Origin: an uncultured Defluviitaleaceae bacterium
GTDB taxonomy: Bacteria > Bacillota > Clostridia > Lachnospirales > WRAX01
DNA: 32,647 bases
Assembly (NCBI GenBank): GCA_964449985.1
Contig: CAYVCG010000004.1
Location: 8,556 to 41,202 of the forward strand
Direction of reading: 5' to 3'
The notes below the pieces were generated by a model. That model was not told the origin of the DNA and searched no databases. It saw only the letters and a list, made by a program, of their open reading frames with translations. Position numbers and translations under genes: made by a program. Below are positions 15,464 through 24,697 of this stretch, in pieces (the first letter of the stretch is position 1; every line of letters starts with the position of its first letter).

Positions 15464-17896
15464 ATGGGTTTACATGTGAAAAAAAAGCCATCAATAAAGA
15501 CTTTAATAATTGCTACAACAGCTATTGCGTTTTTGTTGATGTTCATTTTTCTTTATGTTGTTTTTTTTCTTAGTATGCAGAAACAGCTAATGGATCGTGA
15601 AAATGACAATATGCGTAGTCAGGTTAATATGGCTGAGAATGTTTTTGATTCATCTGTCAACTATCTGCCAAGGATAACGAGAGACTGGTCTAGCTGGGAT
15701 TATACATATGACTATGTAAATGGCGATTATGACGAGTTTCTTGACGATTATCTAACTGATTATCCTTTCCAGCTGTTTAGAATAAACTTTATCACTGTGC
15801 TTGACTCTGACAACAAAATTGTTTATGAGCGTTTCTATGATTTTAACGAACTTAAATTTATACAAAGATATCCTGATTTATCAGATTTATATGAAACAAT
15901 CGGTCCGGCCACAATGGCGACATTTCAAGAGGATGAGGTGTTGGACTTAAAGGATACAACACAGATAGGTATGTCCGGGTTTATTAATCACAATGGGATG
16001 ATTTATTATATGAGCTCATTCCCCATTATACGTTCTGATGAAACAGGCCCTTGTGTCGGTTCTTTTATTTTTGGAAGGATAATAGACGATAAGGAACTCC
16101 AATATTTGACTGCCAATTCGGGGTTGCATTTTTATGTTGAATATTTAGATGACGTCGATTTATCAGATGAACAAAAAAATGAGCTTTTCCAGCAAGGTGA
16201 TTTGGTTGCTATTAAGGATCAAAATGTTGTGTCATACACAATAATGAACGATATTTTTGGTAACGGCAATCTGCTTGTATCATTTTCTTCTCCGAGAAGT
16301 ATTTATGAAAGTGGGATTAATTATATATCGACTGTTATATTAGTTATTGCTCTTTGCTGCGGCTTTGTGCTTATAATAATGCTTAATCTGCTAAACCGCA
16401 TTGTTGTCAGGCCTCTAGGTGAGCTTGTAAATGATGTTAACGAAATAAATTTGGAAACAATTAGTGCCACAATAGAGCAAAACGGAAGAAACCTAGAGCT
16501 GGATAATTTGACCATAGCTGTCAATAGTATGCTTACGCGTATCAAAACATCAAGGGATATAATAGAAAAGAATAATGAAGAGCTGTTTGCCAGAGCCAAT
16601 TATGATATGCTAACTGGCCTGAGCAACCGGTTCATGGCTATTTCTTATCTTGAAGAAGAGATTGTTAAGGCAAAAAGAGATTCCATTGGTTTGACGGTGT
16701 ATTACTTTGACCTTGATAGATTTAAGTTTATAAATGACACCTTGGGGCATAAAGCCGGAGATGGTTTTATCGTTGAGCTTGCAAAAAGGCTTAAGGAATG
16801 TTTTGACGGCGACGCTTTTGTTTCACGTATGGGCGGCGACGAATTTTTAATAGTAGCGACAAATTTAAATGATCGTGCCCAAATGCAGTTGTTTGCTGAA
16901 AGAATATTCTCTGTATTTAAAGAGCATTTTGATTTGAAACACAGAACTATGCAAATAGGAGCTTCTATAGGATCAAGCTCATACCCAGCAGATGGTCAGG
17001 ATGCCGAAACACTTATAAAAACCGCTGAGATAGCAATGTATCGTGCAAAGGATATGGGCAGAGGCGCTTATGTTACTTATCATCATGAGCTGCAAATGGC
17101 CGTCCAGCAGAGGATTTATATAGAAAATAAGCTGCGTACAGCGGTTAATGATAATTGTAAAGAATTTATGGCGTATTTGCAGCCAAAGCTTAATATAGCA
17201 ACCGGGGAAATACTAAGCTGTGAGGCGCTCATGCGTTGGGTTTCACCGGAGGGAGTAATAAGCCCTATGAGCTTTATACCGCAGGCGGAGGAATCAGGCC
17301 TTATTATCCCTCTTAGCTGGTGGATGATTAGAGAATGCTGCCGCATACAAAAGGGATTCATGCGCAAGGGCATCAACTGTTCTGTTGCAGTCAATGTTTC
17401 GGCACAAGTGCTGTTGCATAAGGACTTTATAGCAATGGTCAAATCAGCAGTTGAGGAATTTGGTGTGCAATACATTAAGCTGGACATCGAAATAGTTGAG
17501 CAGACATTGGTTGATGACATAGACAAGATAAATGTGGTTTTCCAAGCTTTGCATAGCTTGGGAGTTGAGATTTCCGTTGATGACTTTGGAACGGGTTATT
17601 CATCGCTAAGCTATCTTAACAAAATGTCAGTTGATAGGATCAAGATTGACCGTTCATTTATTTCAAAGCTCAGCACAAGCGAGGAAGATCAGGCTATTGT
17701 CCGCGCTATACTGGCTATGGCTAAAAGTTTGCATATGGTTGTTACCGCAGAAGGTGTTGAAAACAAGGATCAATACGCTTTCTTAAAGGCGGCTGAATGC
17801 GAAGAAATACAGGGTTATTTAATAAGCAAACCGCTGCCTGAGGATGAGTTTATAAAGTTCGTTAAGGGATGGAAGCCTGACAATGCTGAATTCTAA
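15464..17896 (+). CDS. Membrane diguanylate cyclase/phosphodiesterase (CHASE4-like sensor, HAMP, GGDEF, EAL)
   Basis: TM helix, then DWSSWDYTYDYV (CHASE4-like), a second TM and a HAMP-like region. Motifs DLDRFKFINDTLGH, GGDEF, EAL, DDFGTGYSSLSYL and EGVE. Start uncertain (15428, 15443 or 15464). Confidence 0.9.
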   Translation: MGLHVKKKPSIKTLIIATTAIAFLLMFIFLYVVFFLSMQKQLMDRENDNMRSQVNMAENVFDSSVNYLPRITRDWSSWDYTYDYVNGDYDEFLDDYLTDYPFQLFRINFITVLDSDNKIVYERFYDFNELKFIQRYPDLSDLYETIGPATMATFQEDEVLDLKDTTQIGMSGFINHNGMIYYMSSFPIIRSDETGPCVGSFIFGRIIDDKELQYLTANSGLHFYVEYLDDVDLSDEQKNELFQQGDLVAIKDQNVVSYTIMNDIFGNGNLLVSFSSPRSIYESGINYISTVILVIALCCGFVLIIMLNLLNRIVVRPLGELVNDVNEINLETISATIEQNGRNLELDNLTIAVNSMLTRIKTSRDIIEKNNEELFARANYDMLTGLSNRFMAISYLEEEIVKAKRDSIGLTVYYFDLDRFKFINDTLGHKAGDGFIVELAKRLKECFDGDAFVSRMGGDEFLIVATNLNDRAQMQLFAERIFSVFKEHFDLKHRTMQIGASIGSSSYPADGQDAETLIKTAEIAMYRAKDMGRGAYVTYHHELQMAVQQRIYIENKLRTAVNDNCKEFMAYLQPKLNIATGEILSCEALMRWVSPEGVISPMSFIPQAEESGLIIPLSWWMIRECCRIQKGFMRKGINCSVAVNVSAQVLLHKDFIAMVKSAVEEFGVQYIKLDIEIVEQTLVDDIDKINVVFQALHSLGVEISVDDFGTGYSSLSYLNKMSVDRIKIDRSFISKLSTSEEDQAIVRAILAMAKSLHMVVTAEGVENKDQYAFLKAAECEEIQGYLISKPLPEDEFIKFVKGWKPDNAEF

Positions 17897-17918
17897 ATGG
17901 AATATGGGTATAAAATCT

Positions 17919-17950
17919 TGGGGAAACTTTTTATAAAAGGTTTCCCCAAA
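17919..17950. repeat. Palindrome (terminator-like), related to 20672-20711
   Basis: TTGGGGAAAC-TTTTTATAAAAG-GTTTCCCCAA. Confidence 0.7.
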
Positions 17951-18054
17951 CATTTCAAGAACCTTTGCAGGCTATATGTAAAAAAATAACATTGCTTAAA
18001 AAGCAATTTTATTATATGTTTAATGGAAAACTTTAAAAAACGGAGTTGAATCGA

Positions 18055-19770
18055 ATGACAGATATTTGCATCTTCGATGGTGCATATGGAACATATATTG
18101 ATTATACAAAACTTAATCTGGAATTCCCTGAGATGGCTAATATAGCAAATAGGGATATTGTTTTAAATGTTCATAGGGAGTATATAAACAGCGGTGCGAC
18201 TGCAATAAAAACAAACACGTTTGGCGTCAATCCATCTTTGATATCCCAAAATGACGTTTTGGAGAATGTTATAAAGAGCGGTTTTGAAATTGCTTGCGAA
18301 GCTGCTTTGGGCAGGGATATAAAGATTTTTTCAGACATGGGCCCTATTTATGAAGAAAATGCCGATGACGCATATGTTAAGCTTGCTGAAATTTTTATCG
18401 GCGCTGGAGCAAAATGCTTTTTGTTTGAGACGCTTAATGAGGCGTCTTATTTACATAAGGCTATTAGATATATAAAGAATAATGTTGCGGATTCTATTAT
18501 TATAACGTCGTTTGCTGTAAGTCAGGATGGTTATACTAAATCTGCTAATTATTATAAGGATTTGTTTGACGAAGCTATTGCGCTTGGGGCTGATTATGTC
18601 GGGCTTAATTGCGTCTGTGGCCCTGTTCATATGCTGGAGCTTATAAAGGCAATACCCGTTGGAAAATATCCTCTTATTGTCATGCCAAACGCGGGTTATC
18701 CAACGAACGTTAACGGAAGAACCGTTTATTTTGACAATCCGGAATACTTTTCCGAAAAGCTGTTTGAGATATATTCATATGGCGTAAGGGTTTTGGGCGG
18801 ATGCTGCGGAACAACGCCGGAGCATATACGGTTGTTTGTAAATAAGGTCAAAAGTGGCAAACCAGAAACCATTAAGGCGGGAACAGCTGTAAGCCGGGTC
18901 AGTGCAACAAAAAAGAATCCTGATTATGATAAAAAAACGGTGATTGCCGTTGAGATATCCCCTCCGATTGATGCGGATGCAGCTTATATAATAAATGCAA
19001 GCAATATGGCGAAGCAGCACGGCGCTGATTTTATAACAGTGCCGGACTCTCCTTTGGGAAAGGCTAGAGCAAACAGCTTTATAATCTCCGGAATTGTTCA
19101 GAGACAATGCGGAATAAATACGATACCGCATATTTGTTGCAGAGACAAAAACCAGATAGCTATAAAAGGAGATTTGCTGGCTGCAAACATTGACGGCATA
19201 AGAAGCGTTTTGGCAATAACCGGTGATGCTATTGCAAAGCAGGATAGGGTGGAAGCGTCAAACGTATTCGGTTTAAACTCATTCAAGCTAATAAGCTTTA
19301 TAAAAAGCCTTAATGAAACGGTTTTTGCTCAATCGCCTTATACTATTTGCGCCGCTCTTAACATAAGCCCCTCAAATTTTGATTTCGAGCTTAGAAGAGC
19401 GGAAAAGAAAATAAAAAGCGGAGCGGATATTTTACTAACACAGCCTATTTTTTCTGCGGAAAACGCTGAGAATCTTTTTATGGCAAAAGCCCGGCTTAAT
19501 TGCAAAATAATGGCGGGAGTAATGCCGCTTGCCGGATATAAAAACGCTATGTTTTTAAATAACGAAGTTGCGGGCATAAATATCCCCACTGAAATTATAA
19601 AAAGCCTTGAAAACAAAGACGCTGACGAAGCAAAAGATATATGCTTGGGTTATGCGAAAGGCATCATAGATGGGATAAAAGGCGAATGTGATGGTTATTA
19701 TATCATGACGCCGCTAAAGAGGATAGATTTATCCCTTGAAATTGTTGATTATATTAGGAGGTTTAACTGA
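18055..19770 (+). CDS. Bifunctional homocysteine S-methyltransferase / methylenetetrahydrofolate reductase (YitJ-like)
   Basis: N-terminal FDGAYGT, TNTFG and Zn-ligand motifs GLNC and GGCCGTTPEHI. C-terminal MTHFR domain (VEISPP, DSP, HICCRDKN, LAITGD, TQP). ATG 18055 follows GGAG. Confidence 0.9.
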   Translation: MTDICIFDGAYGTYIDYTKLNLEFPEMANIANRDIVLNVHREYINSGATAIKTNTFGVNPSLISQNDVLENVIKSGFEIACEAALGRDIKIFSDMGPIYEENADDAYVKLAEIFIGAGAKCFLFETLNEASYLHKAIRYIKNNVADSIIITSFAVSQDGYTKSANYYKDLFDEAIALGADYVGLNCVCGPVHMLELIKAIPVGKYPLIVMPNAGYPTNVNGRTVYFDNPEYFSEKLFEIYSYGVRVLGGCCGTTPEHIRLFVNKVKSGKPETIKAGTAVSRVSATKKNPDYDKKTVIAVEISPPIDADAAYIINASNMAKQHGADFITVPDSPLGKARANSFIISGIVQRQCGINTIPHICCRDKNQIAIKGDLLAANIDGIRSVLAITGDAIAKQDRVEASNVFGLNSFKLISFIKSLNETVFAQSPYTICAALNISPSNFDFELRRAEKKIKSGADILLTQPIFSAENAENLFMAKARLNCKIMAGVMPLAGYKNAMFLNNEVAGINIPTEIIKSLENKDADEAKDICLGYAKGIIDGIKGECDGYYIMTPLKRIDLSLEIVDYIRRFN

Positions 19771-20558
19771 TGCTTATTATAGGAGAAAAGCTTAACAGTT
19801 CAATAAAAAAGACGCTTGATGCGCTTATAAGCCATGACGAGGAATATATTATAAACCTTATTAAACTGCAAGTGGAAAACGGAGCAGAGTATTTGGATAT
19901 TAACACTGCCTTGACAGGCGATGATGAGCTTCAAAAGATGATTTGGGTTTGTGGGCTTGTTGCGGAAAACTCGGATTGTGGAGTTATGATTGATTCATCC
20001 AACCCGGAAATACTTGAAAGATGCATACCATTAATAAATAACAAGAAGATAATAGTCAATTCTATATCTTTTGGAGAAAAATATGAAGGATTGATTGGTC
20101 TTGTTAAGGAGCGCAATATACCTGTAGTTTGTCTGCCTGTGCGGGACAATAGGATACCGCAAACGGCTGATGATAGAGTAGAAAATATAACAAACTTTAT
20201 TTTGCAATTAAAGGCTTGTGATATACCAGAGAAAAATATTTTTACTGATGTTTTGGTTGAGGCTGTGGCTACAAACGAGACCGCCGCAGTAACGACACTT
20301 GAGACGATAAGACGCGTTAAACAAGCTTTTCCAAATGTAAATACTGTTTGCGGGTTATCAAATATATCATTTGGTTTGCCGAAACGTGCGGAACTCAATG
20401 CATCGTTTTTAGCAATGGCTTTGCAATGTGGCCTTGATGCGGCCATTATTGATATCACATCAAAATTAATAAAAAGCACACTATTTGCTTCTGATGCTTT
20501 ATTGGGAAAAGACGAATATTGCCTTGAGTATATAGGATATGCAAGAAGCCAGATGTAG
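19770..20558 (+). CDS. Methyltetrahydrofolate:corrinoid methyltransferase (pterin-binding, AcsE/MetH-Fol-like)
   Basis: Motifs MLIIGEKLN, GAEYLDIN, IDS, NSI, GLSNISFGLPKR and GLDAAIID. TGATG overlap with the upstream gene indicates translational coupling. Confidence 0.88.
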   Translation: MLIIGEKLNSSIKKTLDALISHDEEYIINLIKLQVENGAEYLDINTALTGDDELQKMIWVCGLVAENSDCGVMIDSSNPEILERCIPLINNKKIIVNSISFGEKYEGLIGLVKERNIPVVCLPVRDNRIPQTADDRVENITNFILQLKACDIPEKNIFTDVLVEAVATNETAAVTTLETIRRVKQAFPNVNTVCGLSNISFGLPKRAELNASFLAMALQCGLDAAIIDITSKLIKSTLFASDALLGKDEYCLEYIGYARSQM

Positions 20559-20592
20559 GTGCTTTATGTAAAACTAATTAATGCTTGTAGGT

Positions 20593-20657
20593 GTAGGTGG
20601 CGAGTTGTGCTCGTCAGAAATAAGATCAAAATTCGGACGACCAAAGGTCGCCCCTAC
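20593..20657. repeat. GTAG-family REP doublet (GTAG ends outward)
   Basis: GTAGGTGGCGAGTTGTGCTCGTC (20593-20615) and GGACGACCAAAGGTCGCCCCTAC (20635-20657). The reverse complement of the latter is GTAGGGGCGACCTTTGGTCGTCC, close to 234-256. Confidence 0.75.
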
Positions 20658-20671
20658 AAATAAAACAAGAA

Positions 20672-20711
20672 AACCTTGGAGAGACTTTTTTATAAGAGCT
20701 TCCCAAGGTTT
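20672..20711. terminator. Hairpin between convergent genes
   Basis: AACCTTGGAGAGACT...AGCTTCCCAAGGTT with A-rich and T-rich flanks. Confidence 0.65.
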
Positions 20712-20722
20712 TGTTATTTAGG

Positions 20723-21796
20723 CTAGTGCAAAAGGCGGACTATATCATTATACAAAATAAACACAGTTAGAATCATCAGCAACGTGAAACCAACAAAGTG
20801 TATCATACCTTCTATCTCTGGTTTGACAGGCTTTCTGCGTATCGCCTCAAGCAGGAGGAAAATGAATCGGCCACCGTCTAACGCAGGGAAGGGCAAAAGA
20901 TTAAAAATACCAATATTTGCAGATAAAAATGCCATTAGGTTAAGAACATTTAAAACCGCTGGCTTAACGCCAAATTCCATACTCTTTTCATACGTCTCTC
21001 CGATAGCATTAGTAACACCAATGGGGCCAGACATCTGATCTATGCCTATTTTTAACGTTGCGAGCCGGCTTATACCGACAAGCGCAGTTTTAACATAGAA
21101 AACGTTTGTATAAAAACCATTTTGAATGCTGTCAAATATTCCTGCTTTTTCAAAGCCTTCCCTTTGCTCTGAAAAGAAGCCGTCTTTCTTTATTGCATTA
21201 AATCCGATTCGGTATTCTGTTATACCGTCCTCACTTTGGACTGCATATGGTGTAACCTGTTTTTGGATCTTCTTTCCATCTCTAAGTATCGTTAGGGAGA
21301 TAGGTTTTGCTTGAGTATCCTGCAATAAAAACGTCATATCATAAAAGATATTTATTTTTGTCCCGTCTGCCTCAATAATTCTGTCTCCCGGCATAAGCCC
21401 GACTTGTTCGGCTGGTGAACCGCTTACAACGGCGGAGACTGTGGGAGAAGTATAACCGTTTACCATAATAACGCCGGTGGCGATAACAAGAGCTAGCACG
21501 AAGTTCATAAAAGCTCCGGCCAATATGATGACTATACGCGGCAATACAGGTTTGTTATTAAAAGCCCGGCGATCAGAGTTGCTTTCGTCTTCCCCCAGCA
21601 TACGGCACGAACCGCCTATCGGGAAGAGGCGCAGGGAATAAATGGTCTCTCCAAACTTGCGGTGCAGTATTCTGGGGCCCATGCCTATAGCAAACTCTTC
21701 AACTTTTACACCGCATTTTCTTGCTGCAAAAAAGTGCCCCAATTCATGAACTAGTATAATTCCACCAAAAACCAGTATAGCAATAATAATCGACAT
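20723..21796 (-). CDS. rseP: RIP metalloprotease RseP
   Basis: HELGH, PDZ domain and NLLPFPALDGG. Start moved to ATG 21796. Confidence 0.95.
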   Translation of the reverse strand: MSIIIAILVFGGIILVHELGHFFAARKCGVKVEEFAIGMGPRILHRKFGETIYSLRLFPIGGSCRMLGEDESNSDRRAFNNKPVLPRIVIILAGAFMNFVLALVIATGVIMVNGYTSPTVSAVVSGSPAEQVGLMPGDRIIEADGTKINIFYDMTFLLQDTQAKPISLTILRDGKKIQKQVTPYAVQSEDGITEYRIGFNAIKKDGFFSEQREGFEKAGIFDSIQNGFYTNVFYVKTALVGISRLATLKIGIDQMSGPIGVTNAIGETYEKSMEFGVKPAVLNVLNLMAFLSANIGIFNLLPFPALDGGRFIFLLLEAIRRKPVKPEIEGMIHFVGFTLLMILTVFILYNDIVRLLH

Positions 21797-21825
21797 CAGA
21801 CAATACACATCCTCATTACAAACGG

Positions 21826-22986
21826 TTAGACGTGTACGCAGTTGCCAGCAAAGTCTCTTGCCCACATATCCGCTTCAAAAACATCGTCCAACGTGTATTT
21901 ATTTTTAACATTATATGCGGACATCGTCCGTTCTATAATACGTGCTATATCTAAAAATTTGATCTCTTCGTTTAAAAACTTTGAAACAGATATTTCGTTT
22001 GCGGCGTTTAAAACGGCGGGCATCGTGCCCCCAATCTTTATAGCGTCAAACGCAAGCTGTAAGCAAGGGAACAGATCATATCTTGGTTTTTCAAATGTTA
22101 AGCTATTTCTTTCAAAAAAGTTGATACGCGGAAAATCGTTTTTTACCCTGTTTGGATACGTCAAGGCGTATTGGATAGAAACACGCATGTCTGGTTCGCT
22201 GAGCTGAGCCATTATTGCGCCGTCACAAAACTCCACCATGGAATGTATAATGCTTTGCGGATGAACAACAATATCTATTTTTGAAACCGGCAGCTTAAAC
22301 AGCCATTTTGCTTCTATAACCTCTAACCCTTTGTTCATCAACGTGGCAGAATCTATCGAAATTTTGCTGCCCATGCTCCAATTCGGGTGGTTAAGAGCTT
22401 GTTTAAGCGTAACCGTTTTTAGCTCCTCCATCGTTTTGCCGAGAAAAGGGCCGCCCGAAGCTGTCAAATAAATCTTGCTGATCTCATTATGTTCGTTGCC
22501 TTGAAGGCATTGAAAAATAGCTGAATGTTCGCTATCAACAGGATAAATATGAACATTATTTTCTTCAACGTATTGCGTAACCAGTTCACCGGCAGAAACC
22601 AGAGTCTCTTTGTTTGCCAGAGCTATATCTTTTTTATGTTTTATTGCTTCAATAGTCGGCCTAAGGCCAACGTTTCCTACAAGAGAGTTTAACACCATTT
22701 CTACGCCGTTAAGGGTTGCAGCGGCTATAAGCCCATCCATGCCGGATAAGATTTGCGTTTTTAAGCCGTGATTTTTTATTCTTTGCGATAAATCAGCCGC
22801 TTTTTTATCATCTGTTAAAGCGGCTATTTGTGGTTTAAATTCTATTATTTGCTTCTCCAAAAGATCTATGTTTGAATGTGCAGTAAGCGCCATAATTTCA
22901 GCGCAGCCGGTTTGGCGCACAACATCCAAGGTTTGTTTGCCTATAGAGCCGGTGGAGCCAAGAACGGTGATTTTTTTAACAGACAA
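21826..22986 (-). CDS. dxr: 1-deoxy-D-xylulose-5-phosphate reductoisomerase
   Basis: Motifs LGSTGSIG, LANKETLV, PVDSEHSAIFQ, HPNWSMG and NKGLEVIEA. Probable TTG start at 22986 after GAGGTG. Confidence 0.96.
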   Translation of the reverse strand: MSVKKITVLGSTGSIGKQTLDVVRQTGCAEIMALTAHSNIDLLEKQIIEFKPQIAALTDDKKAADLSQRIKNHGLKTQILSGMDGLIAAATLNGVEMVLNSLVGNVGLRPTIEAIKHKKDIALANKETLVSAGELVTQYVEENNVHIYPVDSEHSAIFQCLQGNEHNEISKIYLTASGGPFLGKTMEELKTVTLKQALNHPNWSMGSKISIDSATLMNKGLEVIEAKWLFKLPVSKIDIVVHPQSIIHSMVEFCDGAIMAQLSEPDMRVSIQYALTYPNRVKNDFPRINFFERNSLTFEKPRYDLFPCLQLAFDAIKIGGTMPAVLNAANEISVSKFLNEEIKFLDIARIIERTMSAYNVKNKYTLDDVFEADMWARDFAGNCVHV

Positions 22987-23029
22987 ACATAACACCTCTG
23001 CATAAACTTATCAATTTTTTGTCTCTCCT

Positions 23030-23839
23030 TTAAACTTTAAGCATTACAACCATAACGATATATATGGCAGGAGCGGTAAATAACACGCTATCAAACCTAT
23101 CCATAACGCCGCCATGGCCGGGGATTATATTGCCATAGTCTTTTACCCCGGTATAACGTTTTATAGCTGAGGCGGTTAAATCCCCGATTTGAGCCAGAAT
23201 CGACCCTATAAAGCCCGATACGGCGCAAAAACCTATTATATTTATGTCTCTAATTGAACTAAATTTCGAAACGGCAAGAGCATAGCAGACAGCCAAAAGC
23301 GTCGCCACAATAACTCCGCCGATTGAGCCTTCTATCGTCTTTTTTGGGCTTAGCTTTGGCGCAAGCTTATGCCGCCCAAAAGCACGACCAGTAAAGTATG
23401 CCCCCGTGTCACAGCCCCATGCCGCAATAAAGCTTAGCCAAACAAAAAACTGACCGTATGGCTTTTCGCGAACAAGATATATTGTAGACATTAGAGTGGT
23501 TACATAAAAAAAACCAAATATCATCAATGATACATCAATGATAGAAACTTTGTCTATAAAAAATACAAGAGCCACGAAAGAGCATATGATAAACGAGCAT
23601 AATATAAAGAATAAAACGTGTGGCTTGGTCAATTGGTCTGCAAATAACATATATATGCAGGCAAAAATATATCCAATCCAATGAACCATAAGGTTTTTTT
23701 TGGAGAAGGCATGATAGATTTCGGACAATGCTATTAAAATAACTGCCAAGATTATTATTTTTAAATATATCCCGCCAAGCATAATAAAAAGGGCTATAAG
23801 CGGCAATCCGATTAGGCTGGAGATAATACGCGTTGTCAC
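23030..23839 (-). CDS. cdsA: Phosphatidate cytidylyltransferase
   Basis: Motifs SPKKTIEG and KDYGNIIPGHGGVMDRFDS. Confidence 0.96.
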   Translation of the reverse strand: MTTRIISSLIGLPLIALFIMLGGIYLKIIILAVILIALSEIYHAFSKKNLMVHWIGYIFACIYMLFADQLTKPHVLFFILCSFIICSFVALVFFIDKVSIIDVSLMIFGFFYVTTLMSTIYLVREKPYGQFFVWLSFIAAWGCDTGAYFTGRAFGRHKLAPKLSPKKTIEGSIGGVIVATLLAVCYALAVSKFSSIRDINIIGFCAVSGFIGSILAQIGDLTASAIKRYTGVKDYGNIIPGHGGVMDRFDSVLFTAPAIYIVMVVMLKV

Positions 23840-23885
23840 AAAATCACCTCATAAAATTTCTTGTCCGTAATGCTTATGTTTTGAT

Positions 23886-23908
23886 GGGCGAGCGTATTCG
23901 GCCCATAC
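23886..23908 (-). repeat. Degenerate single REP
   Basis: Minus strand GTATGGGCCGAATACGCTCGCCC, a GTAG-to-GTAT variant with a GGGC...GCCC palindrome. Confidence 0.45.
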
Positions 23909-23919
23909 ATTTATGTTTT

Positions 23920-24645
23920 TTATCTTCCACCGAAACGGCGGTTTCTGTTTTGATAATCATAAACCGCAGCCATAAGGTCATTTATACCGAAATCAGGCCA
24001 AAGCTTATCTGAAAAATATAGCTCGGAATATGCACATTGCCACAGCATAAAATTCGAAATGCGCTTCTCGCCACTTGTGCGGATTAAAAGCTCAGGGTCG
24101 TTAAAACCTGCGGTATCCAGATATGAAGAAAACAATGCTTCGTCAATATCTTCCGGTGATAACCGGTTCTTTTGGCAAGCCTTAGCCATATTCCTTACGG
24201 CGCGAATAATCTCATCCCGGCTGCCGTAGTTGATGGCTATGTTGATGCACATGCCTTCTTTGTTTATTGTCAAATCCTGAAGATGCCTTATAGAATCCTG
24301 AATATCCTGATCAAGCCTGGTGATATCCCCGATGACATTTATGCGCATATTGTTTTTTTCAGTATCCTCGATATATTGCTTAATATAATCCCGCAATAAA
24401 TTCATAATGTCGGACACTTCTTCGGCGGAACGCTTCCAATTTTCAGTGGAAAAAGCGAAAACGGTCAGGTTTTTAAAGCCGTAGGCGTTCATAGCTTCAG
24501 ACAGCTTTCTAAGCGCCGTTGCGCCTGCCTTATGGCCGGCTTTTCTAGCCATAAGGCGTTTTTTGGCCCAACGTCCGTTTCCGTCCATTATTATGCCGAT
24601 ATGATTCGGCAGATTATTAAAATTAATATTTGCGAATTTTTCCAT
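23920..24645 (-). CDS. uppS: Isoprenyl transferase (undecaprenyl diphosphate synthase)
   Basis: Motifs HIGIIMDGNGRWA, FSTENWKR, IRTSGEKRISNFMLWQ and RRFGG. Confidence 0.97.
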   Translation of the reverse strand: MEKFANINFNNLPNHIGIIMDGNGRWAKKRLMARKAGHKAGATALRKLSEAMNAYGFKNLTVFAFSTENWKRSAEEVSDIMNLLRDYIKQYIEDTEKNNMRINVIGDITRLDQDIQDSIRHLQDLTINKEGMCINIAINYGSRDEIIRAVRNMAKACQKNRLSPEDIDEALFSSYLDTAGFNDPELLIRTSGEKRISNFMLWQCAYSELYFSDKLWPDFGINDLMAAVYDYQNRNRRFGGR

Positions 24646-24697
24646 TTTTATACCGCCCGAACATGATTAGATAACACTAAATTAAATAAGTATTTGC

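Noticed and set aside
14070-15494. Poly-gamma-glutamate capsule locus, and the 474-aa ORF length
   Set aside because: capB and capC are absent. The first 76 codons are AT-rich promoter sequence overlapping the divergent gene, and a good RBS precedes ATG 15266.
17897-18054. SAM riboswitch upstream of the yitJ-like gene
   Set aside because: No ATCAAGAG/GCAACC/GTGC S-box core is visible; the region is a single palindrome plus AT-rich sequence.
19770-20558. Evidence for a Wood-Ljungdahl pathway (acsE)
   Set aside because: No acsABCD genes are in the window, and coupling to a homocysteine methyltransferase favours methionine or C1 metabolism.
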